DNA from: Heteronotia binoei
Lineage: Eukaryota
Direction of reading: 5' to 3'
Assembly: GCF_032191835.1 (NCBI RefSeq)
Contig: NC_083237.1
Span: forward strand, 23,560,001-23,624,000
Length of the DNA stretch: 64,000 nucleotides
The translations under genes and the position numbers were made by a program. The notes beneath the pieces were generated by a model that was not told where the DNA came from, searched no databases, and saw nothing but the letters and a program-made list of their open reading frames with translations. The stretch's first letter is position 1. Every line of letters begins with the position of its first letter. This document shows, one piece after another, positions 1-12,221 of the stretch.

Positions 1-299
1 TAAATAAAAACGAAGAGGAACATTGTCGATGAATTGGGAGGAGGGAAGAGGCATTTTGCGTAAATTAAACATTAGTTTAGTTTTGAAGAATCTGGATGAA
101 GTAAAGCGAACTTTTTTTTTTAAAAAAATTGATATTAGCTCGAATGGCACATTATCTAAAATGGTGCTTTAATAACATTTCTCTCTGTGGTCAATTTGAA
201 TAAATCTGCATGCAGAAACTTTTGCCCTCTCCCCTCCCATGGAATTAATTAAAGGGGTGTTTCTTAATATAGTTAAACTATTACAGAATATATCTGCAC

Positions 300-1350
300 G
301 CTATGTGAATTAACTGCCTGTAATTCTCTCGCTTCTCGACCGTTGCGGAGAGAAAACGAGAGATTCCTGGTTTCCATGACAACGGCACCCCATAACCGTG
401 CGTGCAAAGGAGCACTGCGCGCATGTGCAGCGCTGCAGCCCGGCTTCGATCTCCGTCCCCTCTCGTAGGCGCACGCAGTTGCGCGAACCGCGAGTGAGTA
501 AACGAACGAGGCGCATGCGCACTAAACAGAAGACACGGGCCTCCCGAAACTCCCGTGAACTTTGCCGCACGACGGGTTTCCCCTTCCCCAAACTCTGATT
601 GGTTGCGGCAATGAGCCAATGGCGTTTGCTTTGAAATAATCTCGTTGCTAGGTAGATTGTTTTGCTCGAGCCCTGGTTTGTGTAACGGGATGTGGGAGGT
701 TAAAGCCTGACAGATAATATTTAGGCTCACGATGATAAAGGGCAGAGAGCTCGAGATAGAGCAATAGAGAAATTAACGGCCGGCAGTTATCTCTACAGAA
801 GGGGAGGGGCACGGTTTAAGAGCCCGCAGTCTCGATTGGGCTCTGTCCCCTCTTTCTATGGATAAGAGAGCCTCCTTAGTGAGGTCTCTTCGGGTGCAGG
901 CGCCGCATTTCCGGTGGAAAGCGAGTACTGAGGCGGGGGAGGGACGACAGCGCTGCACTCCGGCCAACGCTGCTCGGGCTCTTGTGAGGTGACGTAAAGC
1001 ACTTCCGCTGGTCCTCCGCACCTTTCCGGTCGGCTAGGAATGTGACTTCCGCGGAATGATACCAGCGTATAAGTGAATTTTGGGCGCTAAACTGCCCCGT
1101 AGTGCCATTTCCGGCTATTGCCGAGGTCTCCAAGGCAACGGTGGGACGCATAGGCCTGAGACGCTCGGACCGTGTGGCTATGAATCGGAGGGATATATAT
1201 TCCGGAGGGTGGAGTTCCCGCCCCTGATGGCCGTTAATACAGTTGCGTGGCCGATGAGTAGTATTCACGGGGCTTCTGGCTCCTTCGGTATTGGCAGGAA
1301 GCTACTCCAGGGATGCTCTTTGTGCAGCTGTGGGAAAAGGGGATTGAGGG
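300..1350. promoter_or_regulatory. CpG-island promoter (possibly bidirectional) upstream of the Cys-rich membrane protein gene
   Basis: CpG-dense segment. NRF1 palindrome GCGCATGCGC 511-520, CCAAT boxes 597-602 (inverted) and 616-620, X-box-like GTTTCCATGACAAC 370-383, CRE/ETS motifs (TGACGT, ACTTCCG) near 990-1050. Confidence 0.7.
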
Positions 1351-1764
1351 ACGTCTCCCCCAAATTAAGCTTCGTTTCATAAAGAAAACATGAGTTATCC
1401 TAGTGAGTCCTACATCAAGACGTACTTATAGCTGAAAACAACCGCTGCTGTTTTTATGGACCAGGTGTGCAGATTCGTACAGTATGGCTTAGATGGCTTT
1501 TTGAAGGCTGTATTGGGAAAGAGTTAATATATTTGGAAGTTTGATAAAGAAGGGGAGCTTAGCCTTGATGCGGGGTAAATCCTGGTGTCTTGCTGTAGTA
1601 GTAGGTTGTCATTTACTTGGGTGCATAACAGTGGGTGAAAGTAGAAGCATGGTTGCTATGCCATGTGAAAAAATGATTTCTCTCTTCTTCCAGGGTCATC
1701 AATGGAGCCTCCAAGGACTGAATCTTAGTCCCGCCCATGTTGAGGTCTTCTTTCCAATGTTAGA

Positions 1765-1770
1765 ATGGCA
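1765..1770 (+). CDS. Cys-rich TM protein coding exon 1 (MA); exon 1694-1770
   Basis: Acceptor ttcttccag at 1693; ATG GCA then donor gtaagc at 1771. Confidence 0.6.
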
Positions 1771-4700
1771 GTAAGCAGATACACCACATTTCTTTTGTAG
1801 TGACACAGTACTTTTACATCACTAGTCAAATTCCCCTGTGACTCTTCTCCAACTGGGACTAATGAGGAATGAAATATTTTTAGAAATAACTGTAGGAAGA
1901 CTTGGAAGCTAGATGTCCCAAACCAAATATTGTCACTCAGCAATGCAGATTGCTGTGGGAACATCTCATTGATGTCAAGCCATGATGTCAAGTCAGAGAA
2001 TCTCATGTCTGGTGATTCCCTGATAATTTCCCTCGTTTGGCAAAAGCAGCAACCCTATGCTGGTCTACTCAGAAGTAAATCCTGTGTTATACAGTGGGAT
2101 TTAATCACAGGAAAGTGTCCTTAGGATGTTAGCCAAAGTCAAATTGGGCTTGGGGGCTCAGCCACATAACTCCTTTCATTCCATTTTCCTCCTCTTTACC
2201 ACTCCAAGCTGCCAACTTCCCCTCTCTGGCTTTCCCCACCCTACAGACTCCATCGCCGAACCCTCCGCCAGATCTCCCTTATGCCGCCACCTTGTTCATG
2301 CCCCTCCCTGGCATCGTCTTCTTGGCCGTTGGTTCCTATCTTCTGCTTTTGATCCTGGTCCTGGTCCTCCGACAGTGCCTGCTGGTAATTGGGGGGTGGG
2401 ACAGAGACAGTACATTGTGGGAGCAGCAGTCCTCTGGTAGGGCAAGGAAACAATGGATGGATTTGTATTGCTAATTATGTGCCATAGGACTTGCCTTTCT
2501 CTATTTGATAGTTCCCAAAATACATAGCAGGAAACATATTCAAAGCCTTCATTTCATCACTGTGGACTTGGGTTTTCTTCAAGCTACATTTTGTAAATGT
2601 GCATTGGTACTGATCTGGAAGTGCTGGATTACCTCGTCAATCAATGACAACAGGGACAGAATTAAATCTTCACTGATTCTTTGTTTTAATTATACATTAT
2701 TCTTACCTCAACTTGCTTTATTTATTTATTCCTGTAAATTTATCGTCCGCCCTTTTCCATAGAGGGCTCAAGGCTGATTCCAACATGGTAAAACAATTAA
2801 AACTAACAATAAACAATAAAACAGATAAATAATAAAACAGTCAAACAGTTAAAACAGATCAAAAATTAAAACAGTTAAACCTAAGCAGCATGGCTGGTGT
2901 GGACACATCAGTTGAGGCATATTTGTCACAGATTAGGTGTCCAAAAGATATCAACTGTATCAGCCCGATTTTGAGCAATCAGTGCAGGGAGGCCAATTAG
3001 ATGGTGTAATAGGATAAGGACGTTTGCCTGCCTCAGCCATAGGCCTGGTGAAACAGCTCCGTCTTACAGGCCCTCCGGAATGGCAACAAATCCAGTAGGT
3101 CCTGAATCTCCATAGGGAGTTGATTCCACCAGGTTGGGGCCAGGGCCAAAAAAGCCCAGGCCCTGATCGAGGCAAGCCTTTGGACCAGGGATGGTCAAGA
3201 GAAGTTGACTGACTGAACATATGATCTCTGGGGCTCATATGGGGAGAGATGGTCCCGCAGATATGCCAGTCCCAGGCTGCGCAAGGCTTTAAATGCCAGT
3301 AGTAAAACCTTGAAGTGGATCTGGTACTCGATTGGTAGCCAGTGCAAACTGCGTGGCATTGGCCAACTGCTTGCCTGTATAGGCAATTCAGTCAGCAATC
3401 GTGCTGCCGCATTCTGCACCAGCTGGAGTTTCTGGATCAACCTCAAGGGCAAGCCTGCATACAGCGAGTTACAGTAGTCCAACCTGGAAGTGACTGTTGC
3501 ATGGATCACTGTAGCTAAGTCCCGAGGGACCAGATAGGGTGCTAGTTGCTTGACCTTCCGAAGATGGTAAAAGGCAGATCGTGCAACAGCTGTGACCTGG
3601 GCCTCCATAGAGAGGGTAGCATCCAGTATCACGCCCAAGCTCCTCACCTTCTGAGCTGGCACAAGAGATGAGCCATCCAGGGTGGGGAGCTGGATGCCCT
3701 TTTGGTCCTAAATCCACAAAACAGCATAATAAAATGTGACACTAAGAGAAGCATGATTAAATAGACAACGTTTACTACAGAAATTGACAAAAACAAGATG
3801 CCAGTTTTGCAAGCACTGGGCCAACTCTGTGTTCTGTGTCTTCTCTCTTCTCAGTCCCGTGGCCTTTGTGCCAACTGCTGTTCGTGCCAAAAGGGGTCTT
3901 TGCCAAGTGTGTGCGAATGTTGTTTGGCCTGTGCAGAATCTTGTGACTGTGCCCTCCCTTCCCCAACTCACTGTCTGGATGACTGCTGCCGCTGCACTAA
4001 CGTGAGTTCTTCTATCTCCCTTCTCCCCAGTAACTGCCTAGTTGTTCAGAAATATCCTTGAGGCAGTAGACAATATTGAAATCTCATGTTGAAAGGAGCT
4101 CCCAGGAACATGAAACCACGAGAAGTGGCATTGACTCAACTTCGAACATCTTACATGTTTTAGAAGAGTTTTTCATTATTTTTTTGTTTAAAACCAAAAC
4201 AACATCTTTGCTTTCTGTTGCTGAGATTGCTTACTGGTAGCTTTTGGGCTGGATAGGGTTGGGAAGCATTTTAATGCAAAGTGGCCAGTAGAGAGCCTAG
4301 CCATCTAAGAAGGGATTTAGAGCACTTTTGAGTCTTGGGGACTGTTGTCTGGAGAACTGAGTGGCCCCTAATAGTACAGATGACAGGTGTAAGGAGTTGC
4401 ACATTGTATGGCGGTTCACTGTGAGGGGATGCTTGCTAGTAACTGAGCTAGAAGCTACATTGAAGTTTTGAGATGGAGAGCAACTGGCCAAAGGTGACCA
4501 GGAAGAAAGGTGGTTTTTAAAATGGGGAGCTGTCAGCTCTTCTAAAAGCCCAGCCGGGAGTGGTTTTTCTCTTGTGGGTCTCTCATGTTGACTGAACAAT
4601 AAATAAAACTGTAAGTTCTAAAACAGACGGCACAAGGTCCTGTTTAAGAAAGCATGCCAGTTGAATTACTTCAAGGAAACAGATTTTCTGAAACAGCAGA

Positions 4701-5251
4701 GGTTTTATTTACTAAAACCCTAAAATCATATATCGATCAAAACAACACTGGTTGTAACTTGGAAGAGAGAAACAGGGCAGTTGAGTGTGAATAGGAAAGA
4801 GGAAGCTCAGAGAGAGGCCCCCTTTTAAACCCATTTACTTCAATGGATATTTAGGATCGCAGTTTCTCTTTAGTGCTTGCCTTGAGCCTCTCTGGTGTTT
4901 CTCACCACCTTGGACATTTGGAGGCAGGATTGAAATGTTTTAAATAAATTATTTTGCCCCGGTACTCATATTTCTCCCATTGCTGCTACTGATCTTTGAA
5001 TACATCCCACCCCACTGTGACTATTCAGTATTTGCTGCCAAATCCCTCTATTTTATGGAAGGAACATCTTGATGCAGGTGGTCTTGCAGGCTAACAGAGT
5101 ATGGTTTTTCTTCTCTTCCTTGTAGGGTTGGGATGTGGGGACTTGCTCCACCCTCCCCAGCTGGTGTCCACTCTGTGACTGTGCCTGTGCCTACCAGCCC
5201 CCGGACTGTCAGAGCATCAATTGCATTTGCTTTGAGATCAAACTGCGATAA
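1765..5251 (+). CDS. Uncharacterised 138-aa single-pass membrane protein with Cys-rich C-terminal tail (probable orthologue of the unnamed ORF upstream of human ALDOA, recalled as LOC112694756)
   Basis: join(1765-1770,2247-2384,3855-4001,5126-5251) = 417 nt, all GT-AG phase-0 introns, open to TAA. Hydrophobic segment aa24-43; 22 Cys in the last 90 aa; ends CQSINCICFEIKLR. AATAAA at 5485-5490. Confidence 0.85.
2247..2384 (+). CDS. Cys-rich TM protein coding exon 2 (TM helix)
   Basis: cctacag acceptor; TPSPNPPPDLPY...GIVFLAVGSYLLLLILVLVLRQCLL; donor gtaatt. Confidence 0.85.
2715..3705 (-). mobile_element. L2-clade LINE 3' fragment
   Basis: Minus-strand ORF 3195-3662 has L2 RT C-terminal motifs (LGVILD, SRLDYCN, LHWLP); (AATA)n tail near 2715-2730. 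Confidence 0.85.
3855..4001 (+). CDS. Cys-rich TM protein coding exon 3
   Basis: ttctcag acceptor; SRGLCANCCSC...DCCRCTN (14 Cys); donor gtgagt. Confidence 0.88.
5126..5251 (+). CDS. Cys-rich TM protein last coding exon
   Basis: ttgtag acceptor; GWDVGTC...CDCACAYQPPDCQSINCICFEIKLR-TAA. Confidence 0.88.
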   Translation, partial: GWDVGTCSTLPSWCPLCDCACAYQPPDCQSINCICFEIKLR

Positions 5252-6104
5252 GGGGCTCTCAGTCTGAGAGTTACAGGAATTGTGTCCATGATTTAGGAAC
5301 ATGGGAGGTGCCTTTACTCTAGTGGTGGATCACACATGAGGAAGTCGCCTGCCTGGCAAAAATCAGCCTTCTTGATGCAAAGATTTTTGAAAGTTCTTTT
5401 GTCTTTTTCCTTCTGATACTTTTTGGGTTTTGTAATATGTGTTTGTAATTATTGGTTTTATAAAAGCGATTGTGTGTTTTTTAAAATAAAATGAATGATA
5501 TATTCCTCTGTCTATCTTTAATGAGAATGGAAGGCGAGGCTATTTGATAGAATTGGGTGTTTGGAAAAGCCAAGCTATTTAAAATGAGTTTTCTCTCCTT
5601 TCCGAACTCACATCTGTATTTCAGGCTGGAAGGAACATAATGAGGATAGAGTCATTGCCAGCTGGCCTGAATGAGAACCAGCAGCCTGAAGGGGTGACAT
5701 GGGGGGAATCAGCTCTCTTCCGGTATGTGAAACCAGGTGGTTAGGGAAAGGGAAGGAGACCTAGCAGGAATGGGGATGGGGTATGGATAACTTTGGGGGA
5801 GCAAAAAGATTTAACAGACATATAGAACACAAATGCAAAGACAGGAAAAACGCTACGTGATTAGAGACACCACTGTACAAACCGAGTGACATGATCACAG
5901 CTATGGATGACCCTACCCAGGGCTGATCTAATTGAGTCTACACATGTGGGCTTAGAACACGCTCTTCAGCGACAAAGCCCAAGAAAAGCATTCTAACCGG
6001 CACTGGGATTCTCAGGCTTGGTTTTCAAGGGCAGCAATGGCAATGGACAAAGATAGGGGGATAGACTGTGCCGGTGCCGCAATGGAACTCGTGTAAGAGG
6101 TCAC

Positions 6105-7370
6105 TTGTTTCAGAGAATCGTAGAGTTGGAAAGAACCTCCAGGGTCATCTAGTCTAACCCCCTGCACAATGCAGGAAATTCACAAATAGCGCACACATAC
6201 ACCCCGGTGACCTCTGCTCTGTGCCCAGAAGATGGCAAAAATCTCCAGGATCCCTTGCCAAACTGACCTGGAGAAAAATTGCTGACTGACCCCAAAGTGT
6301 CAATCAGCATTTCCCTGTGTGTGTAAGAAAGGGCTGAAAGAACTAAGCATTGATGCAACCCTTCCCTCCTTTATTCAAGGTACATATGAAGCTGCCTTAT
6401 ACTGATCAGACCCTTGGTCCATCAAAGTCAGTATTGTCTTCTCAGACTGGCAGCGGCTCTCCAGGGTCTCAAGCTGAGGTTTTTCACACCTATTTGCCTG
6501 GACCCTTTTTTGGAGATGCCAGGGATTGAACCTGGGACTTTCTGCTTCCCAAGCAGATGCTCTACCACTGAGCCACCGTACCTCCTTCTCATGATCTGCC
6601 TAATTCAAAGAATAAGCATTGCTGTCATTACATAGCCTCTGCTTAAAAACTCCCAAGGAAGGAGAGCCCACCACCTCATGAGGAAGCCTGTTCCACTGAG
6701 GAACCGTTCTATCAGGAAGTTCTTCCTAATGCTTAGCTGGAAACTCTTGATTTAATTTCAGCCTGTTGGTTCTGGTCTAACCTAGGGTAACAGCACACAA
6801 TTTTGCACCATCCTCTATCTGACAGCCCTTCAAGTACTTGAAGATGGTGATCATATCACCTCTCGGCCTCCTCCTTTCCAAGCTGAACATGCCTAGCTCC
6901 TTCAGCCTTTCCTCATAGGACCTGGTCTCCAGACCCCTCACCATCTTTGTTGCCCTCCATTGTTCCAGCTTGTCTATATCCTTAAATTGTGGTGCCCAAT
7001 ACTGAACACAATACTCTAACCAGAACAGAGTAAAGCGATACCATCACTTCACATGATCTGGACACTATGCTTCTGTTGATACAGCCCAAAATTCCATTTG
7101 CCTTTTTAGTCACCACATCACAGTGCTGACTCATGTTCAGTGTACAGTTCACTAAGAACCTAGATCCTTTTCACACCTACTACTGCCAAGACAAGTCTCC
7201 CTCATCTTATAATGATGCATTTAATTTTTCCTACCTAAATGCAGAACTTTACTTTTATCCCAGATAAATTTATTTTATGTTTTAGCCCAGTTTTCCAGCT
7301 TGTCGAGTTCATCCTGTATACTGACTCCATCTTCTATTGTATTTGCAACCCCTCCCAATTTAATATTCCT
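6105..7370 (-). mobile_element. CR1 LINE 3' fragment interrupted by a tRNA-derived SINE (~6385-6580)
   Basis: Typical CR1 3' end (agaatcgtagagttggaaagaacctcc...) plus RT-region sequence; SINE head seen as reverse complement (gggattgaacctgggac...ctctaccactgagcca). Confidence 0.7.
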
Positions 7371-7604
7371 TCTGCATCACAGCTTGCTTTGCCAGGCTTG
7401 CTCAATTACACAGGAGCTATGGAGCAAAGCCTCTATTTTCTCCATTGGCTGAGTCTGGGGAGGAAGTGGGGGGAGGAGAGCTTGCTTTGCCAGGCTCTCT
7501 CAATCACACAGCAGAGCTACTGAGTCAAGCCTCTATTCCTTGTGTTGGCTGAGGCTCCTCAGAGCAAGAGTTGTCAGTTATCAGATAAATAAACAAAATA
7601 CTGC

Positions 7605-8015
7605 AAAAGACCACCCTGGCCCCGACTTGGTGGAATCAGTTCCCTACAGAGATTCAAGCCCTTCTGGATTTGTCACCATTCTGGAGGGCCTGTAAAACGA
7701 AGCTGTTTCACCAGGCCTATGGTTGAGGCAAGCGGGCGTCCTCATCTTATTATACCACTAGCCTCCCAGCAATGATTGCCACCCTGACTGGGGCCGATAC
7801 TGCTGACATCTTTGGGGAATCTAAGTTGCCTACGATAATTATGCCTTATGTGCTCACACCATCCAGGCCGTCCTAAATTAATTCTGATTTATTGTTTTAA
7901 TTGTTTAATTGTACTGATGTTATATTGTTGGTTTTAATGGTTTTATTATGTTGGAATCCGCCCTGAGCCCATCATGGGAAAGGGCGGACTACAAATTTAC
8001 GGAAATAAATAAATA
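7605..8015 (+). mobile_element. L2-type LINE 3' end inserted in a hAT MITE (MITE pieces ~7370-7600 and ~8030-8210)
   Basis: Ends gaatccgccctgagccc...gggcggact...(AAAT)n. Flanking pieces match the MITE at 44500-44888. Confidence 0.6.
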
Positions 8016-8899
8016 AGAGTGCTACTGTTTTAAGCATGTTTTATTTTAAATTTTTTAAAAAATCTTTGTGTTTGTCTGTGTCCTTTATAAAGTTTATATC
8101 TCCATTACCTGGTATTACATTTTATTACACACATGACCCGGCCCAACAAGGTCTTAATTATGTCTGATCTGGCCCTCCTAACAAATGAGTTTGACATCCC
8201 TGCTCTCAAGCAGCCATTCTCTCCAGGGGAATTGATCTCTGTCATCTGGAGATCAATTGCATCTCCAGGATCTCCAGCCTGGGCCCACCTGGAGGATGGC
8301 AACCCTACTAGCAGTGTGTGCAGCAGGGAACATTAGGTGGTGGAGCGCTAGCAAGTGTGCAAGGAAGAGCAAAACTAATATTCAGAATAAAAAGATCATT
8401 TTCTCCATATCTGTCTCTGAAAGCATCACTTAAAAGGAAGTAATTATATATATAAAACCTTTTGAGAGGGATAAAACTAGCACAATGTTTTTCAAACTGA
8501 TCTTTAGCTATGCCTGCAGGTAATAGGGGGAAGGGAATTTGGCAAGGAAAGGTTGTAATCTTGAGGGTGAATGAGTGAAGAAACATTTCTAGATTTCACT
8601 GAGTAAATTGACATATGCAAATAAGAAATGGTTGTTTTTTTAATCCTAAGGGGGAGGCACTAGTAATTAACGCAGTGCTGTAAGGTGGGACTCTTGAGTT
8701 TTCCATGGTTACCCTTAACACACACCCTTTATAAGTATTATATTGGGCGATTGTTGAATCCCTGATCACCTTGCTTTGAACAGCATCAGAACCTTGGGAG
8801 TGAAGAAGACACTTCCATCTTGCAATTGGGCGAGCTTGCCCATAATTAAGATGATGGCATTCCCTTCACTGTGGCTTCAAAGGCAGCTTTGCCAAGCCC

Positions 8900-9560
8900 T
8901 AAGATGGCTACCCACCCCTGGATGAAAGAGAGACGGGGGGGGGGGTGCGTCACTTTCCCATCAGCCCTTGTGCAGCTGCAGCCAGGGTTGCAGGCAGAGA
9001 TTTGAGCGACAGGAGGGGAGGCTGGGCGCTGGAATTCTTGGGTTTGGGGGCTGGAGTGGGAGAAATGGCAAGTAGGATGCCTGGCTCCGCGGGGGAGGGA
9101 ATAGGGGTTTAATAGGTTGTAATCGAGGGAGCTGGAAATCAAAAGCGTTGCGTTTCCCCGGGAGAAGCGGCGGTAGAAAAGCAGGACATGTGCAAACTAT
9201 TGGGAAGAGGCTTTATTGTGGCGCTGTTGCGGAGTGGCACGTTGAAGAGCATTTGTAGGGTGCACAGCTGATTTGCTGGGTGCATTCCGTTTGAGAGGGG
9301 GGGGAGGTTGCCGAGCAGAGTTGAAGGGGCTGCAATGCAGCGTTGGGGTGTCGCGTGAGGATACTGGGGCGGTGGAGCTTGAGACGTAATGGGGCGAGGG
9401 GTTGCATTCTGTTAGGGGGTGCCGTTTTACATTGGGGTGGGGGATCGGCGAGAAGGTTTTTTTTGGGGGGGGGGGCGGATGAGTTGGATGATCGGAATTT
9501 CGGGAAGTTGATTATTTTATGGATTCTTTCTAGGGCATATACCTATGAGTTCGACGGTGT
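8900..9560 (+). promoter_or_regulatory. GC/CpG-enriched region, candidate promoter of the CRK-family gene
   Basis: Local CpG and G-run enrichment about 1 kb upstream of the ATG at 10469. TSS not identifiable from sequence. Confidence 0.4.
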
Positions 9561-10360
9561 ATCATTTAAGGGCTTTGCAATTCTGTAGAAGGTATTTTTA
9601 AAAATTGTATGGGTCTGTGCATAGAATCATTTGAGAAACATTAGGGTGTGAGCGGGATAGCTCTCCCCAGATCGTTGCTCAAGAAAACACACTGCGTGCC
9701 CCATGCCATTTGAAAGGGCCTGGTTTTCAGTGACATCGTCTCCCTTTGCTAGGATCTCTTTGGTAAATGGATGGGCGTGTGGGGAGTGAATTCACCAGAC
9801 GCAGCCCTTAATGTTGTAGGTAATTCCTGATGCCTGAGGATTTCTAAAAAGCTGTATTTATTCCCCAGGTGGATATTCCCGTGGAATGATTTGATTGCAT
9901 GGTACATTGATGGCTACTTGGCAGAATTTTGACTTTTGAGTACCTGTTTAGCTTTTAATGGAGTAGATCGTTGAGGAAAAACTGTGCTATAATTCTTGAA
10001 GCTCTGTATTATATTGAAGATGGAGGGGGATTTAGGGGCCACATAAATCTATGTGGCACCCCGTTAATTTCAATGCTTGTCTTTTAGACTGTTGGAAGTT
10101 TTGTGTTCCTGAGAGGTTTCTTTCAAGTTGTAATTATTGGGGAAGGGGGGCTCATTCTGGTTACTTCAGGCATGTGAAGAATCTTGGGAGTTAGGCAATA
10201 CCAAGGAAATATGTTTATTTTGGGGTGGAGTTAGACAATGTCAGGGAAATACTTTTAGTTGGGATGGGGTGGCTTATTTAACAACTGCGTGGACTTTGAG
10301 GGAATCAGCATCTGCTGAAGAGAAGCTGTGCTTTAAACTTTCAACTGGCTGGTTTTCTAG

Positions 10361-12221
<1,861 letters not shown>

